A stretch of 64,000 nt of DNA from a bacterium (GCA_963676395.1 OY781066.1:544001-608000), one strand, 5' to 3'; counted from the first letter of the stretch, positions 19,911 through 29,516 are shown. A program made the numbers and translations. The notes: a model not told the origin generated them from the sequence alone.

Positions 19911-20609
19911 TTAATTCAGCACATAACGCAACACGGCCCACCAATGTACAACAGACCCGGCAAGAACCATAAGATGCCAGATAAGGTGAGCATATTTTAT
20001 ACGTTTAGCTTTGTAGAATAATATACCAACGGTATAAAAAGCACCTCCTACAAAAATTAACGAAATGGCCGTTGGATCAAGGTGTTTGACCAGCGGAGCC
20101 ATAAATGGCAGTACCAACCATCCCATGATCACATATGAAGCAATAATGATCACATTTGCTCCGCGTTCAAAAACACCGGGCATTAGTAATTTCATCACCA
20201 CACCGCTAAGCGCCAATACCCACTCAATAGCAAGCATCAACCAACCCCAATCATTCCCTAATGCCAATGCAAACGGAGTATAGGTTCCGGCTATCAGGAG
20301 ATAGATGGCAACCTGATCAAGGTTGTAAAAGACGTTCTTAGCGCGTCCCATTGGCAAAGCATGGGTCATTGCAGACGAAAAATACATGGCAAGCATGGTG
20401 GCTCCAAAAATGGAACTGCCCACAATGAGGTTAGCGTTGCCCATCTTAAGGGAATAAACCAAGAGGTAGATCAATGCTACAAGCGAGAAACCCGCTCCCA
20501 CAAAGTGAGATACGGCGTTGGCAACTTCTTCTTGAGGAGTAAAACGCGAAATGCGTCCTATACTGAATTCGGGAGGTGCGGTCGTAATAGCCGCGTGATT
20601 ATCTTTCAT
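19911..20609 (-). CDS. Hemolysin III / PAQR family membrane protein
   Basis: EEVANAVSH, SSAMTH, DQVAIYLLIAGTYTP and HLIWHLMVLAG motifs. Start set at ATG 20609 with GAAAGGA RBS; the track extends it to 20750. Confidence 0.9.
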   Translation of the reverse strand: MKDNHAAITTAPPEFSIGRISRFTPQEEVANAVSHFVGAGFSLVALIYLLVYSLKMGNANLIVGSSIFGATMLAMYFSSAMTHALPMGRAKNVFYNLDQVAIYLLIAGTYTPFALALGNDWGWLMLAIEWVLALSGVVMKLLMPGVFERGANVIIIASYVIMGWLVLPFMAPLVKHLDPTAISLIFVGGAFYTVGILFYKAKRIKYAHLIWHLMVLAGSVVHWWAVLRYVLN

Positions 20610-20744
20610 GACATTCCTTTCCATTTCGGTTATGAGCAGCATTGCAACCGATACCGATTGATCATCTTTTACGACCTGAACGCATGAAAATGGTTTTGCA
20701 CGAAAATTAGCTTCCGTGACGAATAATATGGAGATATGCGGAGT

Positions 20745-20990
20745 TGTCATTACGAACGAAGCGGAGGAATCCCTAACGAAGAACGATCACTGTCAAGCGA
20801 TAACAATAATGTTATCAGACAGTATCATCGCTGTGAGAGACCACAACAAGACAGATGAGCATAGCAAAGAGGATCGCAAGCAAGACTATATCATCGTGAC
20901 AACATATTGATATATTGTCAAAAAAATAATCGTTGAACTTTGTGATCTCTCCATGCGTCACGATTCCATCGTGCCTTAGTCGAGATAACA
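20745..20990. repeat. Degenerate halves of a TGTCAT.CGA-type intergenic palindromic repeat
   Basis: TGTCATTACGAACGAAGCGGAGGAATCCC at 20745 and GATCTCTCC...TTAGTCGAGATAACA at 20944-20990 resemble opposed copies of a TGTCATYNCGA...GRAATC/GAGATC element. Confidence 0.4.
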
Positions 20991-21072
20991 ATAACCACGC
21001 ACATTACATACGTTTTTATATGTCGTAAAAGGGAGATCTATCGCTGTGTTAAGTCGGCTAAAAAGCTTCCTA

Positions 21073-22296
21073 TTAAGCAAAAATCGGTTTGCGTTCGATT
21101 ACGTTGTCACGGTCTGGACCCGTAGAAACGATACCAATAGAGACGCCCAAAAAGTCTTCTACGAACTCAATATACTTCCTGCAATTTTCGGGAAGTTCGT
21201 CGTAGTTGGTGCAACCTTCAGTTTCTTCTTCCCAACCGGGAAGTTCTGTGTACACCGGGCTTCCATCAGCATTGTAATCAATCGCAACCTGCAAGGTTTC
21301 AAAACCTGATAAACAGCTTATCTTTGAAAAGACAATGTAATTAAATCCGTTGATCATGCATGATTCTTTGAGCAGGGCCAAATCCAACCAACCACAGCGT
21401 CGTGAACGACCTGTAGTGGATCCGAACTCATGACCGTTGACACGAAGCTTTTCTCCATTGTCATCAAAGAGTTCAGTCGGAAAAGGACCTTCTCCTACGC
21501 GGGTCGTATAGGCTTTTACTATAGCGATCCGCTTATCAAAATCGAGGTATACACCGCTTCCGGTGTAAGCACCGCCTATACTGGTGCTGGAAGATGTAAC
21601 AAATGGATATGTTCCATGATCAATATCAAGGAAAGTTCCCTGAGCGCCTTCATAAAGGATATTGGCATTATCTTTAGCAGCTTCAGCCAAGAGAGGACGA
21701 GCATCACGAACATAGGGAGCCAATCTTTCTACAGCTTTCACCAATTCGGGAATACCCGCTCTGAGTGTGCGCATTTCATCTTCATCAACGATAGCATAAA
21801 CCTTCTCAACAAAGTCAAGGTGCTCACGGTAGCGTTCCTCAAAGCTACCGTCGCATGCTGATTCCCAACGGAGTCCTGTTCTGCGTACCTTGTCGGTATA
21901 TGCCGGTCCGATACCCCGAACAGTAGTTCCGATCTTTTCGTTCAGAGCTCTATCCAGGTAAATATGGATTGGTAGTACCATATGGGCAGAAGGTGAGATG
22001 ATAAAATTATCGGTGGTAAAAATAACGCCCTGTTCAATCAGGGACTGCATTTCTTCATGCAAAGTGGTGGGATTCACCACACAACCATTACCGATAATAT
22101 TGATCGACTTACCCGAAATAATACCTGAGGGGATAAGATGTGTTACATACTTTTTATCTCCGTGAATAACGGTATGACCCGCATTAGCTCCACCTTGAAA
22201 CCGTACAACAACATCCATTTGTTCGGCAAGAACATCTACGATTTTACCCTTGCCCTCATCGCCCCACTGGGCACCCATTACGATATACGCCGGCAT
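21073..22296 (-). CDS. purA: Adenylosuccinate synthetase
   Basis: QWGDEGKGK, GGANAGHT, EGAQG, TTRVGEGPFPTE and TTGRSRRCGWLD motifs. Confidence 0.97.
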   Translation of the reverse strand: MPAYIVMGAQWGDEGKGKIVDVLAEQMDVVVRFQGGANAGHTVIHGDKKYVTHLIPSGIISGKSINIIGNGCVVNPTTLHEEMQSLIEQGVIFTTDNFIISPSAHMVLPIHIYLDRALNEKIGTTVRGIGPAYTDKVRRTGLRWESACDGSFEERYREHLDFVEKVYAIVDEDEMRTLRAGIPELVKAVERLAPYVRDARPLLAEAAKDNANILYEGAQGTFLDIDHGTYPFVTSSSTSIGGAYTGSGVYLDFDKRIAIVKAYTTRVGEGPFPTELFDDNGEKLRVNGHEFGSTTGRSRRCGWLDLALLKESCMINGFNYIVFSKISCLSGFETLQVAIDYNADGSPVYTELPGWEEETEGCTNYDELPENCRKYIEFVEDFLGVSIGIVSTGPDRDNVIERKPIFA

Positions 22297-22481
22297 TTGA
22301 TCAGTATCCTCCAGTTACAATTTCACCGCAAAATTTACATAATTGTAAAGGTTATTGAAAGCAATAATGTAGGAAAGTGAGGAGAAGGTGATGACAAGTG
22401 ACGAGTAGCGAACATGAACACTAAAAAGCCGTGAACGTTATGCCGGAATCCCTTGTGATTGCTATTGGCCTTTATCTGTTC

Positions 22482-22649
22482 GCTGACTGCTGTTGGCTGA
22501 TTGCTATTAGCTGATTGCTATTGACTGATTGCTGTTAGCTGACTGCTATTAGCTGATTGCTGTTAGCTGATTGCTATTGACTGATTGCTGATAGCTGACT
22601 GCTATTGGCTGATAGCTGATAGCTGTTAGCTGATTGCTGATAGCTGATT
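22482..22649. repeat. Tandem heptamer array: 24 units of GCTGATT/GCTATTA-type 7-mers
   Basis: Counted directly: 24 contiguous 7-bp units (RCTRWYD), 168 bp, with 14-bp and 56-bp higher-order periodicity. Confidence 0.92.
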
Positions 22650-22669
22650 GCATATAAACTTTTCAACAC

Positions 22670-22713
22670 AAAAAGAAAAAGGACCGAGCCATTATAAAAT
22701 GATTCGATCCTTT
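22670..22713 (-). terminator. Intrinsic terminator downstream of rplI
   Basis: Minus strand: AAGGATCGAATCATT-TTAT-AATGGCTCGGTCCTT followed by TTTCTTTT; the G-U pairs work on this strand. Confidence 0.8.
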
Positions 22714-22757
22714 ATGATCTTTGTAAACTTTGTGACTAGTTACTAATTACTAGTTAC

Positions 22758-23207
22758 TTATTCACTTTCTTTTACGACCCAAACTTTGATTTCGGCTTTA
22801 ACACCGGCACCAACTTTAACGGGGACATCAAAAACGCCAAGTTCTTTGATAGCTTCGTCAAGAAGGATATCATGTTTGTTGATCTCAAGCCCTTTTTCAG
22901 CAAGCAATTCAGAAATAGTCTGTGTTGTGACAGCGCCAAATAGTTTGTCATCTTCACCTACTTTAACAGTAGCTGTAACTGAGATGTCTTTAAGTTTTTT
23001 AGCAAGTTCCTGAGCAGCACCTTCAACTTTTTTAAGTTTTTTGGCTTCGTTTCTCTGAAGTTCTTCAACGATCTTCATGTTAGAACGAGTTGCTTTAATG
23101 GCTTCGCCTTTAGGGATCAAGTAGTTGCGTGCATAACCGTCTTTTACGGAAACAACATCACCGGCCTTACCGACATTTTCTACATCTTTTTTTAATATGA
23201 TCTTCAT
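22758..23207 (-). CDS. rplI: 50S ribosomal protein L9
   Basis: MKIILKKDVENVGKAGDVVSVKDGYARNYLIP; KLFGAVT. Confidence 0.98.
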   Translation of the reverse strand: MKIILKKDVENVGKAGDVVSVKDGYARNYLIPKGEAIKATRSNMKIVEELQRNEAKKLKKVEGAAQELAKKLKDISVTATVKVGEDDKLFGAVTTQTISELLAEKGLEINKHDILLDEAIKELGVFDVPVKVGAGVKAEIKVWVVKESE

Positions 23208-23219
23208 GTTGTTCTCCTA

Positions 23220-23450
23220 TTAGTTTTGCGTTACATCATATGAGTAAGGCAATAAAGCGATATTACGTGCGCGTTTGATCGCTCTTACCAATTCACGTTG
23301 ATGTTTTGCACAAGTTCCGGTTACGCGACGAGGGATAATTTTACCCTGTTCTGTAATGGCACGCTTCAAGTTCTTGTAATCTTTATAATCGATTGTGTTT
23401 TTTTTATTTTCACAATATTTGCAAATCTTTTTTCTTGATGAAAAAGCCAT
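23220..23450 (-). CDS. rpsR: 30S ribosomal protein S18
   Basis: CKYC...IDYKD...[17 protein letters not shown]...AIKRAR (zinc-binding type). Confidence 0.97.
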   Translation of the reverse strand: MAFSSRKKICKYCENKKNTIDYKDYKNLKRAITEQGKIIPRRVTGTCAKHQRELVRAIKRARNIALLPYSYDVTQN

Positions 23451-23452
23451 GA

Positions 23453-23998
23453 TTATTCTCCTTCCTTGTCAGCTTCGACTACTTCTTCGGGCTTAGCCTC
23501 TTCTTCAACCTCGGCTTCTACCTCGGCTTCTACCTTGGTTTCTTCTTCGGCTTTTTCTTCTACGACTTCTTCTTTAACCTCTTCTTTAGCTTCTTCTTTT
23601 ACAGGAGCAGCTTTAGCTTCGGCTTTAGGAGCGTCTTTAGAATATCCGCGTTTACCTTCAGGTTTTGAATATGCCGTATCAGGATTTTCTGAAGTTTCTG
23701 ACAATTCAGGTTTTTCTTCTAGACGGATAACCATCTGATGAAGAATCTGTGATTGAATTTCCATCCATTCGTACAATCCTTGGATCAATGAAGGATCAGC
23801 TTCAAAGTACATCAGTACGTATGAACCGTAACGTTGTTTGTTGATCAAATAGGCCAACTTGCGTTTTCCCCAATTGTCTGTTTTAAGGATCTTACCGCCT
23901 TTACCGGCGATCTCTTTTTGGACGGTATCGATAACCGCGTCCAAACGGTCTTGTTCATAGTTGGGATGAACAATGAAAAGCATTTCGTAATATCTCAA
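23453..23998 (-). CDS. rpsF: 30S ribosomal protein S6 with long acidic C-terminal tail
   Basis: [11 protein letters not shown]...[13 protein letters not shown] start with AAGGAG RBS. Confidence 0.96.
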   Translation of the reverse strand: MRYYEMLFIVHPNYEQDRLDAVIDTVQKEIAGKGGKILKTDNWGKRKLAYLINKQRYGSYVLMYFEADPSLIQGLYEWMEIQSQILHQMVIRLEEKPELSETSENPDTAYSKPEGKRGYSKDAPKAEAKAAPVKEEAKEEVKEEVVEEKAEEETKVEAEVEAEVEEEAKPEEVVEADKEGE

Positions 23999-24018
23999 TG
24001 TTTACTCCTTTTGTAAGT

Positions 24019-24585
24019 TTATGAACGCTGATTAAATGTATTCATGGCTTTTTCAAGTCCTTCTGTTATAAAACAGTCAACCGCATCTGCAGCTACCGGA
24101 AAAAGGCTTTCGACCTCTTCTTTTTCAGAACGAGAAAAGTTATTCAGGACGAAATCAACAGAAGATCCGTTTTCTCTACGCCCCGGCACATCAATACCAA
24201 ATTTCAATCTTGGAAAACCATCAGAACTAAGATGCTGAATAATTGACCGCATCCCATTGTGTGTCCCCCCTGAACCAAGCTTTTTAATCTTGAAGCGGCC
24301 CAGCATTAGGTCAAGGTCATCATAAATGACCAATAGGTCTTCCAAATCAACGTTATAACGCTTTACAATATCTTTAACGGCAATGCCGCTGTTATTCATA
24401 AAGGTAATAGGTTTCACAAAAGCCGCATCCAGTTCTTCGGAAACCGCCAGCATATACTCGCCTCTTCCTGCCTTGAACTTAAGTCCATGACGGGATGCCA
24501 ATTCATCACACAGCTTAAAGCCAACATTGTGACGATTGCGGCGATATCGCGCTCCGGGATTTCCTAAACCGACAACAGCTTTCAC
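24019..24585 (-). CDS. pth: Peptidyl-tRNA hydrolase
   Basis: VGLGNPG, RHNVGF, KPITFMNNSG, DDLDL and HNGMRS motifs; GTG start. Confidence 0.97.
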   Translation of the reverse strand: MKAVVGLGNPGARYRRNRHNVGFKLCDELASRHGLKFKAGRGEYMLAVSEELDAAFVKPITFMNNSGIAVKDIVKRYNVDLEDLLVIYDDLDLMLGRFKIKKLGSGGTHNGMRSIIQHLSSDGFPRLKFGIDVPGRRENGSSVDFVLNNFSRSEKEEVESLFPVAADAVDCFITEGLEKAMNTFNQRS

Positions 24586-24589
24586 AATA

Positions 24590-25210
24590 TTATTCCTCTG
24601 TTGCTTCTTCGCCTTCTACGGCTTCTTCACCTACAACACCTTCAGCACTGCCTTCAATATCATCTTTAAAGACCTTAGGTGCAACAACGGCGATTACTAA
24701 CAATTCACCTGATGAAGCGATTTCGAGATCATCATAATTTAAGTCTGAAATGTGCAAGTTATCACCAATGTTCAATGTTGAAATATCAACATCCAATTTC
24801 TGAGGAATTTCTGATGCTTTACACTTCACTTCAATTTCGTGAACGTTTACTTCAAGCTGGCCACCTTCAAGAACACCGGCACATGAACCTACAAAATTCA
24901 ATGCAACAGATACCTGAACGATTTCACTCATACTAACACCCTGAAAATCAATATGAACGTAAGCTTCTGTTACGGGATGATATTGAATATCTTTGATTAG
25001 TGCTTTTTTCTTTTTTCCATCAATGCTAAGATCAATTAGCTGTTCACCGGCACGCAATACTTGAGCAAACTCAAGTTCATTTACTTGCAAAGCCTGTGCT
25101 TTTTGTTTTTGATAGAAAACTGCAGGAACAAAACCCTGTTTGCGAAGCTTTTTATTCGCTTCTTTGCCAAGTCCTTCTCGGACTTCTGTTTTCAATACGA
25201 TTTCAGTCAT
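24590..25210 (-). CDS. rplY: 50S ribosomal protein L25/Ctc
   Basis: LRKQGFVPAVFY, KDIQYHPV...HIDF; Ctc-length; between prs and pth. Confidence 0.95.
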   Translation of the reverse strand: MTEIVLKTEVREGLGKEANKKLRKQGFVPAVFYQKQKAQALQVNELEFAQVLRAGEQLIDLSIDGKKKKALIKDIQYHPVTEAYVHIDFQGVSMSEIVQVSVALNFVGSCAGVLEGGQLEVNVHEIEVKCKASEIPQKLDVDISTLNIGDNLHISDLNYDDLEIASSGELLVIAVVAPKVFKDDIEGSAEGVVGEEAVEGEEATEE

Positions 25211-25231
25211 TTATATAACTCCTTTTATACT

Positions 25232-26197
25232 CTAACTTTCAACATTAAACTCATAAAATAAATCTGAAATAGATTCGTTCATATGAGATCTCTGAATGGA
25301 CGATGCAAACAGCGAGGCAACTGATACAATCTCCATATTCGGCAAAATCTTTTCTTCGGGCAGCGCAATGGTGTCCGTAGTGATAATGCGTGCGATCTGT
25401 GAATTCTTTAAACGCTCAATTGCCGGGCCTGATAACACAGCATGCGTAAAAGCGCAAATCACTTCTTTAGCACCCTCATCCTTTAAATGCTTTGCAGCGG
25501 CAACCAAAGTTCCGGCCGTATCTGCCATATCGTCAATAATAAGGCATTTCTTACCTTTTACATCACCGATGATATTCATAGCTTCAGCCACATTGTGCGC
25601 TGTTCTACGCTTATCGATAATTGCCAATCCTTTTTGCATATACATGGCAATGGAACGTGAACGTGCTACCGAACCCATATCGGGAGATACCACGACTAGA
25701 TCCTCATCATCGAACATACCGTCATTTCTGAAATATTTCATCAACGCGGGACGAGAAAATAAGTGATCGAATGGGATATCTACATACCCCTGGATCTGCA
25801 TGGAGTGCAAGTCCATTGCAATGATCCTGTTCGCACCGGCTTTAACGATCATATCCATAAAGAGCCTTGCTGAGATGGGAACACGAGGCTGATCCTTACG
25901 ATCCTGTCTTGCATATCCATAGTAAGGAAGCACAACCGTAATCCTACCTGCCGATGAACGCTTCGCCGCATCAATAATGATCAGTAGTTCGATCAGATTG
26001 TCCGCAGGTTGACCGGTAGACTGTACAATGAAAACATCTTTACCTCTAATGTTTTCATCAAAGCGCACCCAAATTTCTCCATCAGAGAATTTTTTACGGG
26101 TCAGAGCACCAGGCTCTGTGCCCAAGGCTGTACAGATCTTTTTTGCCAATTCAGGATTTGAAGATCCTGAGAAAATTTTCAACTCACTGTGCTTCAT
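25232..26197 (-). CDS. prs: Ribose-phosphate pyrophosphokinase
   Basis: FSDGE, PYYGYARQDRK, DLHS, VSPDMG and IIDDMADTAGT motifs. Confidence 0.97.
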   Translation of the reverse strand: MKHSELKIFSGSSNPELAKKICTALGTEPGALTRKKFSDGEIWVRFDENIRGKDVFIVQSTGQPADNLIELLIIIDAAKRSSAGRITVVLPYYGYARQDRKDQPRVPISARLFMDMIVKAGANRIIAMDLHSMQIQGYVDIPFDHLFSRPALMKYFRNDGMFDDEDLVVVSPDMGSVARSRSIAMYMQKGLAIIDKRRTAHNVAEAMNIIGDVKGKKCLIIDDMADTAGTLVAAAKHLKDEGAKEVICAFTHAVLSGPAIERLKNSQIARIITTDTIALPEEKILPNMEIVSVASLFASSIQRSHMNESISDLFYEFNVES

Positions 26198-26267
26198 GCT
26201 TCACTCCCTTTTATCCCAATTATACAAAAAAAGCCCGAATAATTATATCCAGGCTTTTTACAACGTG

Positions 26268-26338
26268 CTCAGGGGCAGGGATTCGAACCCCGATCGGTTG
26301 GACCAAAACCAACTGTCCTGCCATTGAACGACCCCCGA
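26268..26338 (-). tRNA. tRNA-Gln (anticodon TTG)
   Basis: Reverse complement TCGGGGGTCGTTCAATGGCAGGACAGTTGGTTTTGGTCCAACCGATCGGGGTTCGAATCCCTGCCCCTGAG. Acceptor TCGGGGG/CCCCTGA, anticodon arm GTTGG-TTTTGGT-CCAAC, T-loop GTTCGAATC. CCA is not encoded. Confidence 0.95.
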
Positions 26339-26341
26339 AGG

Positions 26342-27235
26342 TTATATAGGTTTAACGATCACAGCTTTTTCAAACAATGATCGTAACTTTTCTGCTTCTT
26401 CGCACGATTTGCAAATCCCAAACACAGTCGAGCCGGAACCCGACAAAGCGGCATAGACGGCTCCTGCATTTAGCAGACGCTCTTTAATCTTACCGATTTC
26501 CGGATATGATGGTATGATTGCATCATCAAAATTATTTTCAAAAAACCGCCAATTGATTTCATTTTCCAATAGGCTGGGTATTATAGCTTTTTTTGACTTC
26601 TCAGTCAAGGAAATTTTTAACTCCTTATAAGCCCAAGGTGTAGAAATATGAACATCCGGGAATACCAAAACGGCATACCAGTCTTTTGGTAGAGCAATTT
26701 CACTTAATTCATCACCTATCCCAACAGCATATTGTGTACCTCCTTTTAAGAAAAAAGGCACATCGGCACCCAAACCGGTAGCTATCTTTATAAGTTTATT
26801 CCGGTCGAGTCCTGCTTTTTCATTCAACCAATTTAAAATACATGCCGCGTTGGATGACCCTCCTCCCAGTCCCGCACCACTGGGAATATTTTTTTCAAGG
26901 TAAATATCCGCTCCAAAATCTACAGGCACGTAGGGAGTCATTTCAAGAATTGCTTTCATCACCAAATTATTTTCGTCCGTAGGAATATCTTCTTTATTGC
27001 AAGAAAGCTTAAAGCGCTCGAAAAACATACCTCGACGATTTTTTTCTTCTATCCTAATCTCATCCGCTAGATCTATTTCCTGAAATATTGTTTCCAATAA
27101 ATGATATCCGTCCTCCGACCTGCGGCCGAGAATACGAAGACCGATATTTAATTTGGCATTGGAACGCAAAACCAGACTTCTCGTTGTAGGAGAAGAGGCC
27201 TCAGAATTCATTGTAAAAAAAGTTGAACGGTTCAT
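26342..27235 (-). CDS. ispE: 4-diphosphocytidyl-2-C-methyl-D-erythritol kinase
   Basis: AKLNIGL, DGYH, KNIPSGAGLGGGSSNAA, GADVPFF and LSGSGSTVFG motifs; start uncertain (27235 or 27211). Confidence 0.95.
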   Translation of the reverse strand: MNRSTFFTMNSEASSPTTRSLVLRSNAKLNIGLRILGRRSEDGYHLLETIFQEIDLADEIRIEEKNRRGMFFERFKLSCNKEDIPTDENNLVMKAILEMTPYVPVDFGADIYLEKNIPSGAGLGGGSSNAACILNWLNEKAGLDRNKLIKIATGLGADVPFFLKGGTQYAVGIGDELSEIALPKDWYAVLVFPDVHISTPWAYKELKISLTEKSKKAIIPSLLENEINWRFFENNFDDAIIPSYPEIGKIKERLLNAGAVYAALSGSGSTVFGICKSCEEAEKLRSLFEKAVIVKPI

Positions 27236-27287
27236 TACTTATGGAGACACAATAATGTGGGAGTTTCCCAGCGTTTATGATCATTAT

Positions 27288-28703
27288 TTATATGTATCGT
27301 GAGATTCGTTTAATATTCTCATGTTTACCTAAATACTCGACAATATAACCCAGTTCGGGACCATGCATATCGCCGGTCAAACCGATACGAATAGGCATCC
27401 AGAGATTTTTCCCTTTTACTCCCGTCTCGGTTTGAACTTCTTTCATAACAACTTTAAAATCATTCACTGTCAATTTATCAAGCTTACTTACTTTTTCGAC
27501 ATAGGCTTCAAATACTGCTTTTGTACTATCAAGTTCAAGCATTTCTTTTGCTTCAACAACAGGTTCTACAGCCTCACCGGTAAAAACCGATATTTTTTCA
27601 GGTATTTCTTTGAATGTTGCCAAAGAAGTCTTAACCGCCATCAACGCGGTATTGAGCTTATCCTCTTTAACTTTAACATCGCCCAACCATTTACGAGCTT
27701 CAACTAAGTATTTATCAACATCCATGTTCTTGATATACTGACCATTCATCCAGTCAAGTTTTTTAGTATCAAAAACCGCACCGGCCTTAGATATCTTGTT
27801 AATATCAAAGCTTGCAATCAATTCATCCATGGAATATATCTCATTCTTACCTCCCGGATTCCAACCCAACAAAGCCAGGAAGTTATTCAGGGCTTCGGGC
27901 GTATAACCCTTCTTGAGATAATCCTCAACAGCAACATCGCCTTGACGCTTAGAAAGCTTAGAACGATCGGGATTTAACAATAAAGGTAGATGCGCCATTT
28001 GCGGAGCTTTCCAACCGAAGCAGTCGTAGAGATACAAATGCTTAGGCACCGAAGGCAACCATTCTTCACCCCGGATCACATGGGTCACACCCATATAATG
28101 ATCATCGATCACATTCGCAAGGTGATATGTCGGAAAGCCATCCGATTTAACCAGTACCTGATCGTCAACCTGAGACCAAGCAATTTTTACATCGCGACGA
28201 ACGATATCTCTAAACTCACATAAGCCTTCTGTAGGTGTTTTTAAGCGAATAACAAATTTTTCGGTCTTAGCACGCTCATCGGATTCTTCACGAGAAATAT
28301 TTCGGCATTTACCATCATAACCGGTTGGTAATTTCTTTGCCATTTGTTCATTACGAAGTTCTTCAAGCCTTTCGGAGCTACAAAAACAGCGATAAGCCTT
28401 TCCCTCATCCATGAGTTTTTTCACTTCACGGTTATAAATATCATTACGTTCACTCTGAAAATAGGGAGCTTTGTCATCTTCTTTTCCCGGTCCGGCATCA
28501 AATTCCACACCCAACTGTTCTAAGGATGAAAGCAGATTTTCAACGGCACCTTCCACATAACGATTTTGATCTGTATCTTCGACACGAAGAATAAATTTTC
28601 CACCCTGTTGACGGGCAAATATATAGTTATAGAGAGCCGTTCTCTGGCTTCCAACGTGAACATAACCTGTGGGGCTTGGGGCAAAACGCGTGACAACGCT
28701 CAT
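27288..28703 (-). CDS. gltX: Glutamate--tRNA ligase (probably non-discriminating)
   Basis: RFAPSPTGYVHVG, RVEDTD, HVIRGEEW and KLSKR motifs. Confidence 0.97.
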   Translation of the reverse strand: MSVVTRFAPSPTGYVHVGSQRTALYNYIFARQQGGKFILRVEDTDQNRYVEGAVENLLSSLEQLGVEFDAGPGKEDDKAPYFQSERNDIYNREVKKLMDEGKAYRCFCSSERLEELRNEQMAKKLPTGYDGKCRNISREESDERAKTEKFVIRLKTPTEGLCEFRDIVRRDVKIAWSQVDDQVLVKSDGFPTYHLANVIDDHYMGVTHVIRGEEWLPSVPKHLYLYDCFGWKAPQMAHLPLLLNPDRSKLSKRQGDVAVEDYLKKGYTPEALNNFLALLGWNPGGKNEIYSMDELIASFDINKISKAGAVFDTKKLDWMNGQYIKNMDVDKYLVEARKWLGDVKVKEDKLNTALMAVKTSLATFKEIPEKISVFTGEAVEPVVEAKEMLELDSTKAVFEAYVEKVSKLDKLTVNDFKVVMKEVQTETGVKGKNLWMPIRIGLTGDMHGPELGYIVEYLGKHENIKRISRYI

Positions 28704-28732
28704 TGATTCTCCTTGTATCTTTTATCGAGCGT

Positions 28733-28760
28733 AATTTATACATTAATCAATGAAATTCAA
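28733..28760 (-). promoter_or_regulatory. Putative sigma70-type promoter of gltX
   Basis: Minus strand TTGAAT-N16-TAAATT, about 30 bp upstream of the ATG. Confidence 0.4.
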
Positions 28761-28824
28761 ATTGAATACGTGGCATTGGTAAATATACATGAAGATTAAA
28801 CATGTTCAGCGTCCACCCAGCTAA

Positions 28825-29442
28825 CTATTTTTTTCTCCGCCTCCAAAAGACGAACACCAACACCAGAACAACTAAACAAACCAGGGTAAACCAAAAGTAT
28901 CGTCCCAATAATTTTTCCACCAATTCCCAATTTTCACCCAAAAAATAACCAAGAGTCAAAAAAGCAGCATTAAACACTAACGAGGAAATACTTACGTAAA
29001 GCAAAGTTAATCCGCTATTCATCCGGGTCATACCCGAAACAAGTGCAATTGCCGGACGCATTCCCAAAAATATGCGATTACCCAAAACGACCAATCCACC
29101 GTAATTCGACATGAGATCCTCGGTTTTAAGCATAAACTCGGAATTCGCGAAACGATAATTTTTTTCAAGAAAGAAATCGCGATCAAATCGACGACCGATC
29201 ACATACATGATCATAAAACCCACAATAGCACCTAGAGCTGAAATAGCATATAGCCAATAGATATCATTGCGTGTAAAGTATAAACCAAACATATAAGCTG
29301 AAAACACCAGCATGGTATCACCGGGCAGGGGTGGAAATATATTTTCGATAAGATACCCGAGGAAAACCAGTAAAATATAGTGGATAGGTTCTAAATGAGA
29401 AAAAATATCAAGTACTTGATTAAAAAGTTCCATATTCATCAC
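28825..29442 (-). CDS. DedA family membrane protein
   Basis: IENIFPPLPGD, GAIVG...YVIGR, GNRIFLGMR and LGYFLG motifs. Confidence 0.88.
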   Translation of the reverse strand: MMNMELFNQVLDIFSHLEPIHYILLVFLGYLIENIFPPLPGDTMLVFSAYMFGLYFTRNDIYWLYAISALGAIVGFMIMYVIGRRFDRDFFLEKNYRFANSEFMLKTEDLMSNYGGLVVLGNRIFLGMRPAIALVSGMTRMNSGLTLLYVSISSLVFNAAFLTLGYFLGENWELVEKLLGRYFWFTLVCLVVLVLVFVFWRRRKK

Positions 29443-29467
29443 TTATATGAGAGTTTGTTAATTCCAC

Positions 29468-29495
29468 ATAGGGGACGGTCGCGATCGTTTCTTAC
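29468..29495. repeat. Degenerate 28-bp REP-like palindrome
   Basis: ATAGGGGACGGTCGCGATCGTTTCTTAC is an imperfect palindrome centred on TCGCGA; its reverse complement starts GTAAG, resembling GTAG-type REPs. Confidence 0.45.
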
Positions 29496-29516
29496 AAAAA
29501 ATACAATACTTAGGAC

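Noticed and set aside
20716..20910. 64-aa intergenic ORF
   Set aside because: No recognisable motif; overlaps degenerate repeat sequence
19911..22296. High-GC island around purA/hlyIII
   Set aside because: Spot counts gave GC similar to other housekeeping genes such as atpA; no mobility signatures
22297..22480. Purine riboswitch upstream of purA
   Set aside because: No three-stem junction consensus, and the putative promoter is too close to the start
22482..22649. CRISPR array or coding repeat
   Set aside because: Contiguous 7-mers with no unique spacers, no cas genes in the window, and no credible ORF across the array
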